The position numbers and the translations under genes are program-made. Below are positions 53,700 through 62,356 of a stretch of 64,000 bases of DNA, piece after piece; position 1 is the stretch's first letter; every line of letters begins with the position of its first letter. The notes under the pieces were generated by a model. That model saw only the letters and a program-made list of their open reading frames with translations. It had not been told where the DNA came from and ran no database searches. Source of the stretch: a virus; the IMG/VR virus record IMGVR_UViG_3300037307_000721. One strand, given 5' to 3'.

Positions 53700-54029
53700 A
53701 TGGACCTCACCGTGAACCAGAGCAACATCTCGTTCCCCGAGACCGTGACGGTGGACGGCTTGCGCTGCTTCGTCCTGCAGTGGACACCCATCCTCGGCGA
53801 CGGCATGCCCTGGCCCATCTTCTGGGACGTGCGCGTCGAAGAGAACTTCGAGAAGCACCGGGTCTGGGTGTGCGGCGCCATCTCCATGCGCATGTGGGCC
53901 CAGTTGCGCGACTCGCTCGGCTGGGACGCGCAGGAGGTCAAGGAGCGCCTGCGCCAACACCTGCTCAACCGGATGCCTCTCGGCCTGGGCTGGGACGTGC
54001 AGATCATCGTCGCGGACCCGCCGGCATGA
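53700..54029 (+). CDS. Hypothetical protein
   Basis: Codon bias. Confidence 0.7.
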   Translation: MDLTVNQSNISFPETVTVDGLRCFVLQWTPILGDGMPWPIFWDVRVEENFEKHRVWVCGAISMRMWAQLRDSLGWDAQEVKERLRQHLLNRMPLGLGWDVQIIVADPPA

Positions 54030-54235
54030 TGAGCCAGGACGAGCGGATGAACCGAGAGGCGAATGCGTTCGCCCGGGCGCTGCTCATGCCAGCGGACCTC
54101 CTGCGCAACGAGATCGCCAAGCGCGGCGGCAAGGTCACGTCGCAGATGCTCGTCGAGCTCGCCGAGCTGTTCTGCGTCGAAGAGCACCAGATGACCATTC
54201 GTCTCATCGAACTGGAGATGATCAAAGCACCATGA
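54026..54235 (+). CDS. C-terminal fragment of ImmA/IrrE (DUF955) family, no HExxH
   Basis: NREANAFARALLMP...LAELFCV...IRL. Confidence 0.7.
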   Translation: MMSQDERMNREANAFARALLMPADLLRNEIAKRGGKVTSQMLVELAELFCVEEHQMTIRLIELEMIKAP

Positions 54236-54861
54236 CCATCGTCGAGAAAGGCATGAAGCTCGACGTCCAGGACGTCAAGAGCCACCAGGTGGAGAAGCTG
54301 CACTTCCGCTTTCGCGGCTTCGGGTGGATGAACGTCTTCCTCGACGACATGGGCAAGCACGGCACCTACAACGCCGGCGAGCTCGCCATCCATTCGGACT
54401 GGGGAAGCTGGGCCTACACCTGGACGGGCATCCCCGAGCACGAGACGCTGCGCCAGTTCTTGTGCACGGCCGGCAACGACTACCTCGCGCGCAAGCTGCT
54501 GGGCGGGCAGGACGTGGAGGAGTGGGACTCGGAGGCCACGAAGGAGGCGCTCCGCAAGTACATCAACGAGGAGTGCCCCGAGGAGGGCTATGAGCGCAGG
54601 ACCTTCTCCGGGCACACGAAGACCGTGCTCAAGAAGGCTCTGCTCGAGTTCCTCGAGGGCTGCGACTGGGACAACGGGCTCACGCTCTGGGTCGAGCGCA
54701 TGGATAGCGACCTATGCGACTTCCTCAACGGTGAGCCCTGGGAGCACGTCGTGCACAAGCCGACGACCACGTATCTCGTGCTGACCGAGGGCCTGCTCCC
54801 GGCGCTGAAGGACTACCTGAAGGAGCAGGAGGCCAAGCCCAAGCTGGAGTCGGTGCCATGA
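54232..54861 (+). CDS. Conserved phage protein (I.SDWG.W.Y.W...FL...DYLA.KL)
   Basis: ATGA coupling. Confidence 0.8.
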   Translation: MTIVEKGMKLDVQDVKSHQVEKLHFRFRGFGWMNVFLDDMGKHGTYNAGELAIHSDWGSWAYTWTGIPEHETLRQFLCTAGNDYLARKLLGGQDVEEWDSEATKEALRKYINEECPEEGYERRTFSGHTKTVLKKALLEFLEGCDWDNGLTLWVERMDSDLCDFLNGEPWEHVVHKPTTTYLVLTEGLLPALKDYLKEQEAKPKLESVP

Positions 54862-55118
54862 CCGCTCAGCGCGTCGAGGAGCACGTCGGTTGGGTCATGA
54901 CCCTGGACGAGACGGCCTGCGTCGATGGCGAGCCGTGTCGGCTCTACTTGACACCGGACGGTCTACTGACGCCCGACATTGAGCAGGCCGAGTTCATCCC
55001 GGACGTGACCGACCACCGCGGCCAGGCGTTCTTCTTTCCGAACGACCCGCGGAAGAGGTTCACCTGTCTCAAGGTCATGCGCGTTCTGACCATCACGCAG
55101 AAGACGGAGCTCCTCTGA
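54858..55118 (+). CDS. Hypothetical protein
   Basis: ATGA coupling. Confidence 0.7.
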   Translation: MTAQRVEEHVGWVMTLDETACVDGEPCRLYLTPDGLLTPDIEQAEFIPDVTDHRGQAFFFPNDPRKRFTCLKVMRVLTITQKTELL

Positions 55119-55417
55119 TGGCCGAAGAGCACTTCGCCGAGACCTATCCGGTCTGCCCGCACTGCGGCCACGTCGACCGCGACTGGTGGGACGTGTCTCC
55201 GTCACGGCGCGTGGAGGAGGACGCCGAATGGGAGACCGAGTGCGGCACGTGCGAACAGACCTACATCGTGAGGGTGCGCGTGAGCATCTCGTTCGACACG
55301 TGCGTCCCGAAGAGCCCGAGCTGGGTCTGTGACGAGTGCGGCGAGCACGTGCTCGAGTCGGACGAGCACAAGTGCTGGCGGACAGGCCTGGTGATCAAGA
55401 GGCCAGGGCTGGAGTGA
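55118..55417 (+). CDS. Zn-ribbon protein (CPHCG..CGTC..CDEC)
   Basis: TGATG coupling. Confidence 0.75.
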   Translation: MAEEHFAETYPVCPHCGHVDRDWWDVSPSRRVEEDAEWETECGTCEQTYIVRVRVSISFDTCVPKSPSWVCDECGEHVLESDEHKCWRTGLVIKRPGLE

Positions 55418-55421
55418 TGCC

Positions 55422-56300
55422 TTGCGCCGAGGAACGATCATCGAGCTCACCAAGGCTGATCGCGACCTCGAGTGCGCCTACGTCGGTCAGAGAGCGAAGG
55501 TCTGGCGCGTCTATGAAGACGGGTCGCTGTATGTCGAGCTGAAGTGCGGGCACCCCTACAACATCCCCGCAGGAAACCCGAACGGACACTACAAGATCAT
55601 CTCGGAGCCGGCTGATGAGGAGACGATTCGGCCGACCAGAAAGGAAAAGAAGATGCCTCGCAAGACGCAACTGAAGGGAACCGCGAACGTGGCGCCGACG
55701 GCGGCCACCGAGCCGAAGCAGGCCGTGATCCCGGACAGCCGGGGAGTCATCCCCGTGCAGGGCTACGAGGAGCAGGTCAAGCAGTTCAAGACCAACCTCC
55801 GCTTCCACGAGCAGCTCGGCAAGACGGTCGAGGAGGGCAAGGGCTTCTTCCGGAACCTGACCAAGCAGGTGCTCGAGAGCGTCTCGGGCGACGTGCACCG
55901 GGTCGAGTTCCTCGCCGAGGACGGCTCCGCCGTTCCCGTGACGCTGCCCGACCTCTCGAAGGCCGGCAACCGCACGCTGCTCAAGCCCGACCTCTACGCC
56001 GCCGCGACCAAGCTCGGCGTGTCCGTCGAGGAGCTCGGCGTGACCGAGACCGAGACCTCCGTCGTGCTGACCGGCGCGATGGCGCAGTGGTTCATCGACT
56101 CGGTGCTCCAGCCGAACTACGTGGCCACCGGGCAGCCGATCCCCGAGGGCATCGAGCAGAAGACGGCGACGCGCCTCTCCGAGGCTGGCATCGAGAAGCT
56201 GCGCGAGATGGCCAAGTCGGCCAAGACCACGCAGGAGCGCGAGGCCGCGAAGCTCATCCTCGAGAACGGCAGCAAGGCCGCGCAGGTCACCGCGAAGTGA
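55422..56300 (+). CDS. Hypothetical protein; strong internal start at ATG 55653
   Basis: RBS AAGGA before 55653; codon bias strong after it. Confidence 0.7.
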   Translation: MRRGTIIELTKADRDLECAYVGQRAKVWRVYEDGSLYVELKCGHPYNIPAGNPNGHYKIISEPADEETIRPTRKEKKMPRKTQLKGTANVAPTAATEPKQAVIPDSRGVIPVQGYEEQVKQFKTNLRFHEQLGKTVEEGKGFFRNLTKQVLESVSGDVHRVEFLAEDGSAVPVTLPDLSKAGNRTLLKPDLYAAATKLGVSVEELGVTETETSVVLTGAMAQWFIDSVLQPNYVATGQPIPEGIEQKTATRLSEAGIEKLREMAKSAKTTQEREAAKLILENGSKAAQVTAK

Positions 56301-56734
56301 CCGAGTACCTGCTCCCCTTCGACTTCCGGAACGTCCGCGAGCCGGAGGAGCTGCCTTCGCACAAGGCAGCTCCTCCGCCGCCCTTTGAGCCCGGCGAGTA
56401 CCTGCTGCAGATCAAGATGGTACTGGTCCGCAAGCGAGAAGGCCGCGCGGACCTGGTGGACTTCATCAGCATGGTGATGGAGGGCCCGGGTCGCGGCATG
56501 AAGTTCGCCGGTCGAGAGATGCACGACGGCATCCAGGCCACCATGATGGGCGCGCCCTGGTTCCTGCAGCTCTTCTACGCCTGCTTCGGCCGGCGCTCGA
56601 CCAAGTGGCGCATGACCCACTATCGGGGCGTCTGGGACCCTTCGAAGTTGATCGGTCGCTTCTACCGTGCGACGGTGCGGATTCAGGATGGCTACGTCAT
56701 CGTCACCGACCGTCGAGGTGCCAAGGATGGATGA
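56297..56734 (+). CDS. DUF669-like putative ssDNA-binding (OB-fold) protein
   Basis: PGEYLLQI...EGP.RG.KF...W.L..F...LIGR...ATV pattern. Confidence 0.5.
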   Translation: MTEYLLPFDFRNVREPEELPSHKAAPPPPFEPGEYLLQIKMVLVRKREGRADLVDFISMVMEGPGRGMKFAGREMHDGIQATMMGAPWFLQLFYACFGRRSTKWRMTHYRGVWDPSKLIGRFYRATVRIQDGYVIVTDRRGAKDG

Positions 56735-57017
56735 GCCACTCGACAAGCTCACGCTGAGCGACTTGCTCAGCACGGCGCCGAGGCCTGAGATCGCCGCGGC
56801 GACTCTGCTGGGCGGCGCCGTGCGTGGACACCAGGGCGCGAAGTGCGCCATTTGCGGCACGGTCATGCGCGACCTCGGCGAGGACCGGCGCATGGGCGTG
56901 ACCGTCCTCTTCTTCGAGATGCCCGACGACCCCGAGAGCAGCTTCTTCTCCATCGCCTGTAGCGAGCTCTGTCGCGAGCGGGCAATGCGCGCCAGGGGCT
57001 GGAGTCACAAGCCATGA
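56727..57017 (+). CDS. Hypothetical protein (CAIC...CSELC)
   Basis: RBS GAGGT/AAGGA. Confidence 0.7.
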   Translation: MDEPLDKLTLSDLLSTAPRPEIAAATLLGGAVRGHQGAKCAICGTVMRDLGEDRRMGVTVLFFEMPDDPESSFFSIACSELCRERAMRARGWSHKP

Positions 57018-57325
57018 CGTGGACCGGTGGCCCGCCGGGCTACTGGCTCACTCGAGGAGGTCCCGTGCTCATCACGCAGATGAGCAATGAGCACCTTCTC
57101 AACGCCGTGGCCCGCTGGGCGAGGAAGGCCCAGGAGCTGGGCACGACGGACGAGATGCTGCGTCACCCGAAGTGGCGGGAGCTCTGCGAGGAAGGCTTCA
57201 AGCGCGTCCTGCCCATGGGGCTCGTGGGCGCAGAGCCGACCAAGCCCGACCTCGACCCGGTCCAGGTTGACCGGTTCGGCAACCTGGAGACGGACGATGA
57301 TCAAGGCGATCCTGAGCAACGATGA
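57014..57325 (+). CDS. Small phage protein (W.T..G...I..MS.EHL.N)
   Basis: ATGA coupling. Confidence 0.75.
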   Translation: MTWTGGPPGYWLTRGGPVLITQMSNEHLLNAVARWARKAQELGTTDEMLRHPKWRELCEEGFKRVLPMGLVGAEPTKPDLDPVQVDRFGNLETDDDQGDPEQR

Positions 57326-57527
57326 CGGCAGCCAGATGTTGCTCCTCGGCCTGTCGAAGACGAACATGGACAAGCTGCTCGAAGGCCTACCCATCGCCGT
57401 CGACATCACGGTGAACGGCGCGCACCTGCGCATCGGCATCGTCGGCGGCGAGACCGAGGAAGCCATCATCGCTGAGCTGCGGCGGCACTTTCCGCAGCTG
57501 CACGGTCGCCCCGACCTGCTGCACTGA
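57297..57527 (+). CDS. Small phage protein (LLGLS..NM..L..G.PI)
   Basis: RBS GGAG. Confidence 0.75.
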   Translation: MIKAILSNDDGSQMLLLGLSKTNMDKLLEGLPIAVDITVNGAHLRIGIVGGETEEAIIAELRRHFPQLHGRPDLLH

Positions 57528-57579
57528 AACCCGATTCGGCCCGAATCGCATTTGTCGGATTTCGACAGGTAGATAATTC

Positions 57580-57638
57580 TTGACAACCGCGCATAGCAAC
57601 CTGTAGCCTGGACGGCAGGGCGGGTGGGCAGCAGATTG
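57580..57638 (+). promoter_or_regulatory. Promoter TTGACA-N18-TAGCCT followed by GGCAGGGCGGGTGGG
   Basis: Matches 10543 and 48458; two hairpins upstream (57532-57569). Confidence 0.75.
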
Positions 57639-57663
57639 CTGTGCATTGCCAGCTGGAGGATTC

Positions 57664-57918
57664 ATGATGCCCCTGTTCGACAAGAAAGAGCACGACAAGG
57701 ATCAGAAGAGCTACGAGGGCCGGCAGCACGCGCTCGAGCTCCTGCAGGACACCTGCGTAAAGGGCGGTGTCTGCGCCGCTTGCGGCGCCTCTGCGGGGAT
57801 GTACCTCTCGGGGCTCGCCACGCGCGGCCTGGGCTACGACAAGAAGCGCTTCCTCGAGCTCGCCGCCGAGGTGTGGGAGGACCTGGAGCGCCAGAACCGC
57901 GAGAACCCGGTCAACTGA
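57664..57918 (+). CDS. Hypothetical protein
   Basis: RBS GGAGG. Confidence 0.75.
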   Translation: MMPLFDKKEHDKDQKSYEGRQHALELLQDTCVKGGVCAACGASAGMYLSGLATRGLGYDKKRFLELAAEVWEDLERQNRENPVN

Positions 57919-58277
57919 TGGCGCGCAAGAAGCATCCCTGGGGCAAGCTCGAGTTGGCGGACCTCGGCGGCCTCCTGCACACGGCGCTTCGCAAGGCCTG
58001 CGACAGCCGGACCTCTGGCCTCGCCTGGAACGCGATCGGCGCCATCGAGAAGGGCTGGACGCGCTACCTCGAGGACTGCTTGCCGCACGTGCAGAAGGCG
58101 CGGAACGGACTCGAGCTGCTGGATGCACTGCATCGGCACACCGACGTCAGCATCATGGCGGAGCTCAAGAAGCGCGAGCACCAGGACCTGCTCGTGCGCC
58201 TCGCGCTGGCCCAACTCTCGATGAGCGATTGGCTCGGCATCGTCTACTTCTTCGAGCACGTGGGGGGCCTGCGATGA
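57918..58277 (+). CDS. Hypothetical protein
   Basis: TGATG coupling. Confidence 0.75.
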   Translation: MARKKHPWGKLELADLGGLLHTALRKACDSRTSGLAWNAIGAIEKGWTRYLEDCLPHVQKARNGLELLDALHRHTDVSIMAELKKREHQDLLVRLALAQLSMSDWLGIVYFFEHVGGLR

Positions 58278-58513
58278 GCAAGAAGCCGAACGAGTTCTAC
58301 GTCCAGTGCGAGCTGCGGCGGGTCAACGGGCAGATCGACATGGCCTGGATCCCGGAGCAGTACGCTCGCAAGGGCAAGTTCCTTCGCATCCGCAACCACG
58401 GCAAGTGGGAGAACGGATGGGAGGTCACCGCGGTCTACTCGCGCAAGCACGCGGACGAGGTGCTCGAGAACGAGCGCCTCTACCTCGTGCAGCGCGAGGC
58501 CTCCGACATCTGA
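58274..58513 (+). CDS. Small phage protein (QCEL...AWIP..YA.KG...W.V..VY)
   Basis: ATGA coupling. Confidence 0.75.
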   Translation: MSKKPNEFYVQCELRRVNGQIDMAWIPEQYARKGKFLRIRNHGKWENGWEVTAVYSRKHADEVLENERLYLVQREASDI

Positions 58514-58524
58514 GGTCTTGAGCC

Positions 58525-59358
58525 ATGCGAATCGACGTCGAGACGGGCGCCTTCTGGGCGACCATCGTCGGCTCGGAGGGAGAGCTTGACCAGGTCGTCG
58601 GCAAGCTGCGCGAGTTCGCCGCCGAGCTCGCGCCGAGCGGCCAGGCCCGGTCCCTCTGCCTCCGCACGCCTGGGCACCTTCGGGTGCCCGCCGGCGCGGT
58701 GCTCCTGCTGGAGGACCGGCCCGGGGTCCTGAGCGCCCGGGGCTCGGAGCTGGCCGAAGCCGGAGCCAAGCACCTCGAGGCCGCGGGTCTCCTTCGGGAC
58801 TACCAGGCCCGCGCGGTCGGGGCTGCCCTGACCGCACCCCTGGGCCGCGCCACGGTGGACGTGGTGATGGGCGGCGGCAAGACCCGCATCGCGGCCGCCC
58901 TGGCCGCGGTGGCCCAGGCGGTGGGTGGCTTCGGGGCCTGGCTGTACCTGGTCCAGAACGGGGAGCTCGCGCGCCAGGCGGAGGCCGAGATCGCCGAGCT
59001 GCTGCCCATGATGGCCGCGCGCCTCGGCGGACCGCCGGCCCAGGTGACGGCCACCACCTACTCCGGCATCAAGAAGCTGCCGAGCAAGCACTTCGCCGGC
59101 GTCATCGTGGACGAGTGCCACCTGCTGCCGGCGCCAACTCGCTGCCTGCCCTTCGCGCTGGTCAAGGCGACCTGGCGCATCGGATTGTCTGGGACACTCC
59201 TGGACAGGACGGATACGAAGAACGCGCTAATCATTGCGCTGCTTGGCCCACGGGTGTGCGAGGTGAAGATTCCCGAGCTCGAAGAGCAGGAGCACCTCGC
59301 GCGCGGCCGCGTCCAGGTTCTTCGCTATGACCATCGGCTGAAGCGCCTTGTCTCGTAG
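58525..59358 (+). CDS. SF2 helicase, N-terminal RecA1 half
   Basis: LRDYQ, motif I MGGGKT, motif II VIVDECH, motif III GLSGT. Confidence 0.9.
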   Translation: MRIDVETGAFWATIVGSEGELDQVVGKLREFAAELAPSGQARSLCLRTPGHLRVPAGAVLLLEDRPGVLSARGSELAEAGAKHLEAAGLLRDYQARAVGAALTAPLGRATVDVVMGGGKTRIAAALAAVAQAVGGFGAWLYLVQNGELARQAEAEIAELLPMMAARLGGPPAQVTATTYSGIKKLPSKHFAGVIVDECHLLPAPTRCLPFALVKATWRIGLSGTLLDRTDTKNALIIALLGPRVCEVKIPELEEQEHLARGRVQVLRYDHRLKRLVS

Positions 59359-59445
59359 CTTCCAGCCGCGCTCCTCCAGGCACCCGACGAGTTTCGTGGA
59401 ACGTAAGGCTGTTTCCACCGATTCGTCTAATGATGTGGAGGACGT

Positions 59446-60228
59446 ATGATTAGGAGGTTACATTCCATGCACGACCGAGCCGGCAGAACGAAATACGACC
59501 GGCTCGTCGTCGAGGACCCTTACCGTACTGACGCGCTGTGTCGATTCATCGCAGATCTGGAACGTAAGGGCGAGTGGCCGGGCATCGTCTTCGTCCGCAA
59601 GCGGCGCCACGCGGAGCTCTTCGCGAAGGCGCTCAGCGCGGTCCTGGGCAAGCAGATCCCGGCGGTGACCTCGGCGGCGACCTCGCGCCAGGAGCGCGAG
59701 GCGCTGGCTGACCGCATGCGCCGGCGCGACCCGAGCCTGCCCGCGGCGGTCGCGACCGCCGTCTGGTCGACCGGCCTGAACGTCCCGAGCCTGTCCTGGG
59801 TCATGATGGCGGGGGCCGGCCAGGCGCCCATCGGCCTGAAGCAAAGCGCCGGCCGCGCGACCAGGCTCGCGGAGGAGAAGGCCGGCTACACCATCTACGA
59901 CGTCCAGGACGTCGGCCCGGGGCTCGAGTGGGCTCAGGAGCAGGCCGCCCAGCGGATGCGGCACTACGCGGCGGCTGGCTTCGCGGTGGACGAGGTTCGA
60001 CCGCAGGGCGAGGAGCTGGACGACGAAGACGCGATGGCCCTGGCCGACCTGCTCGCCCTCGAGGACCAACTGCCAGCCGCATCGGGGGGCGCGCGCGCCC
60101 CGCCTGTGGACGACCGGACGCAGCGGGGCATGGAGATCGGCGGCAAGCTCGCTGGCTGGTTCTTGGCGCTCCTGGGCTTCGTCCTGTTCTTCATGCTCTA
60201 CGTGACCTGCGGACGCGCTTGCAAATAG
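59446..60228 (+). CDS. SF2 helicase, C-terminal RecA2 half, with C-terminal hydrophobic segment
   Basis: IVFVR...HA, VAT..WSTGLNVP, motif VI KQSAGRATR; own RBS GGAGG (alternative start 59468). Confidence 0.85.
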   Translation: MIRRLHSMHDRAGRTKYDRLVVEDPYRTDALCRFIADLERKGEWPGIVFVRKRRHAELFAKALSAVLGKQIPAVTSAATSRQEREALADRMRRRDPSLPAAVATAVWSTGLNVPSLSWVMMAGAGQAPIGLKQSAGRATRLAEEKAGYTIYDVQDVGPGLEWAQEQAAQRMRHYAAAGFAVDEVRPQGEELDDEDAMALADLLALEDQLPAASGGARAPPVDDRTQRGMEIGGKLAGWFLALLGFVLFFMLYVTCGRACK

Positions 60229-60247
60229 CGCGCACCCTCGCTATAAT
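60219..60247 (+). promoter_or_regulatory. Promoter TTGCAA-N17-TATAAT
   Basis: Perfect -10 box and spacing. Confidence 0.8.
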
Positions 60248-60305
60248 CAAACCCTCTCGAGCCGGCCAGCAACTGGCTCGACACAACTCGGGAAGGAGCG
60301 GGCGC

Positions 60306-62348
60306 ATGGACAAGCTCTATGTGTACAGGGCCCCGTGCCGCAAATCTTTACGTGTCAAGCCAGATGGCGAAAGCTTTGCGCTCGCCGAGCCCTGCCTTCC
60401 CTGCAACGTCGCGGAGGGCTCCGCGCTTCAGTGCTTGATCGACGCTTGCAAATCGTGCACAGTGCCGTCTTGCACAGTGGAGGGACAACCCATGAATCCT
60501 AGTTCACCTTCGAGTGGAGGCAATGGCGCTCCGAGCACGCTTCCGCGAATCTTTACGCCGCCGCCAGGGGCGCCCCAGGTCGCTCCCCAGGTCGCTCCGA
60601 GCTCGGCGCCGTTGCCGACCCCGGTGCTGCCCACGGCTGAGCCCCCGGCCGCCGCGGCACCCGACCCGGAGCCAGCGCCAGCGGTGGTCGAGCCGGCGCC
60701 CCAGCCGGTCGTCGAGCCCATGCCGGCCAGGCAGGTGCAGATCGTGGTACCGGGCTCGCCGATGGCGGCTGTCGCGGCGGCCGAGCCACCGGGTCAGCCG
60801 GTCGCGATGGATATGTCGCAACCTGAGCCTAAGGCGCAACCTGGAACACCCGCCGCCGCGCTCCTCACAGGCCTGCTTCGGGGCATGAGCGGGGGCGAGG
60901 AGTCGGTCGACGTGGACAAGGTGCTGGCCTCCATCCCAGGCCTGGCCGGCGGACCATCGGAGGGCGGCTTCTCCTGGCACACGCTCGAGCCCTGCATGCA
61001 GTGCTGGCAGAAGGCCTACCTCACGCACGTCCTCGGGCTGACGCCCAAGCAGAAGAGCCACGCGCTCGGCTTCGGCTCGGTCTATCACGCCTGCTGGGAG
61101 GTCTGGTACACCTCCGGTGGGCAGCGTCGCTACGACGAGCCCTGCGACGCGCTTCGGCAGGCCGGAGCGCCGAAGCTCGCCGGCGACGTGCAGCGCCTGG
61201 TCTACACCGAGCTCATGAAGTACGCCCAGGAGGAGGCGACTCGCTGGGACATCCGCGCCGTCGAGCAGAACGCCATCTACTGGGGCGAGCCCGAGCGGAT
61301 CAACGGCAAGCTCGTCCACCTGCCCTTCAGCTGTCGGCACGACTTGCTCATCGGCAAGCGCGACGAGGGCGCGGCTGTCGCTCCTCCGGGCCCCTGCCCC
61401 TCGGGCGTCTGGGTCGTCGACCGCAAGACCGCCTCGGCGCTCACCTACGACCTGACCAAGGGCTACGCGATGGATGGGCAGTTCCTGATGAACGCCCTGA
61501 TCTACACGCGCTCCGACGAGGTCGAGCGGTTCGGGCCCTTCCAGGGCATGATCTTCTCGGTCGCCGTCAAGCACAAGGAGCCCTCGGCGGAGAAGTCCTA
61601 CTTCCGCGTCGAGACCACCGTCGACGAGCCGACCATCGAGGAGTTCTACCGCGACGAGGTCCGGCCCTACGCCATCGAGCTCTACCGCCGGCTGACCTCC
61701 GAGGAATACCGGGCGAACCCGCGACTCTGGCCGAAGAATCGCTCCTCGTGCGTCGGTCGCTACGGCTGCTGCTGGTTCTTTGACATCTGCGACATCGGGG
61801 GCGAGAGCCTGATCGACGTGATGTTCGACTCGGACCCGAAGCGGATCTTCGACGTCGAGCGCCTGGCCGAACCGCCCACCGAGGTGAAGCGCGCGGCGCG
61901 CGCTGGCGACCCGAGCAAGCAGGCGGCCGAGGACGCGCGCAAGACCAAGGCTGAGCACAAGAAGCAGCTCGCCAAGGGCCTCTGCACGAAGTTCCGCGCG
62001 GCTGCCTTGCAGATGGAGCACTTCGCCCGCGGGCGATACCTGGTGCCCAACCACACGCGCAAGACGGTTCTCGACCAGCTGCTGCTCACCCTGCAGGGCC
62101 TGTGGCCCAACGAGACCTCGTTCGCCCTCGGCCCAGACGCCGATGGCAACCTGGACCCGGACGGACTCAACTTCGAGGTCACCGTCACCGAGAAGGGCCT
62201 CGCCTGGGTGTGGATGCAGCCGCCCGTCGAAGGCAAGAAGAAGCCGACAGCCGTCAAGGGCGTTCTCAACTACAAGATCATCGCGGAGGCTATCTGCCAG
62301 GACTGGTGGGACCTCAAGCACCTCGACCCTCGAAGCCCGGCCAAGTAG
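60306..62348 (+). CDS. PD-(D/E)XK nuclease (RecB/AddB/Cas4-like) with Pro-rich N-terminal linker
   Basis: SWHTL..C.QC, ALGFGS.YH, DLL...VVDRKT, Q..N, C..RYG.C.FFDIC. Confidence 0.85.
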   Translation: MDKLYVYRAPCRKSLRVKPDGESFALAEPCLPCNVAEGSALQCLIDACKSCTVPSCTVEGQPMNPSSPSSGGNGAPSTLPRIFTPPPGAPQVAPQVAPSSAPLPTPVLPTAEPPAAAAPDPEPAPAVVEPAPQPVVEPMPARQVQIVVPGSPMAAVAAAEPPGQPVAMDMSQPEPKAQPGTPAAALLTGLLRGMSGGEESVDVDKVLASIPGLAGGPSEGGFSWHTLEPCMQCWQKAYLTHVLGLTPKQKSHALGFGSVYHACWEVWYTSGGQRRYDEPCDALRQAGAPKLAGDVQRLVYTELMKYAQEEATRWDIRAVEQNAIYWGEPERINGKLVHLPFSCRHDLLIGKRDEGAAVAPPGPCPSGVWVVDRKTASALTYDLTKGYAMDGQFLMNALIYTRSDEVERFGPFQGMIFSVAVKHKEPSAEKSYFRVETTVDEPTIEEFYRDEVRPYAIELYRRLTSEEYRANPRLWPKNRSSCVGRYGCCWFFDICDIGGESLIDVMFDSDPKRIFDVERLAEPPTEVKRAARAGDPSKQAAEDARKTKAEHKKQLAKGLCTKFRAAALQMEHFARGRYLVPNHTRKTVLDQLLLTLQGLWPNETSFALGPDADGNLDPDGLNFEVTVTEKGLAWVWMQPPVEGKKKPTAVKGVLNYKIIAEAICQDWWDLKHLDPRSPAK

Positions 62349-62356
62349 GTGACTCG

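Noticed and set aside
59340-59460. T4 gene 60-style ribosomal bypass joining the helicase halves
   Set aside because: The codon before the stop is TCG and no matching in-frame landing codon lies after the TGA at 59431; dedicated RBSs favour independent initiation.
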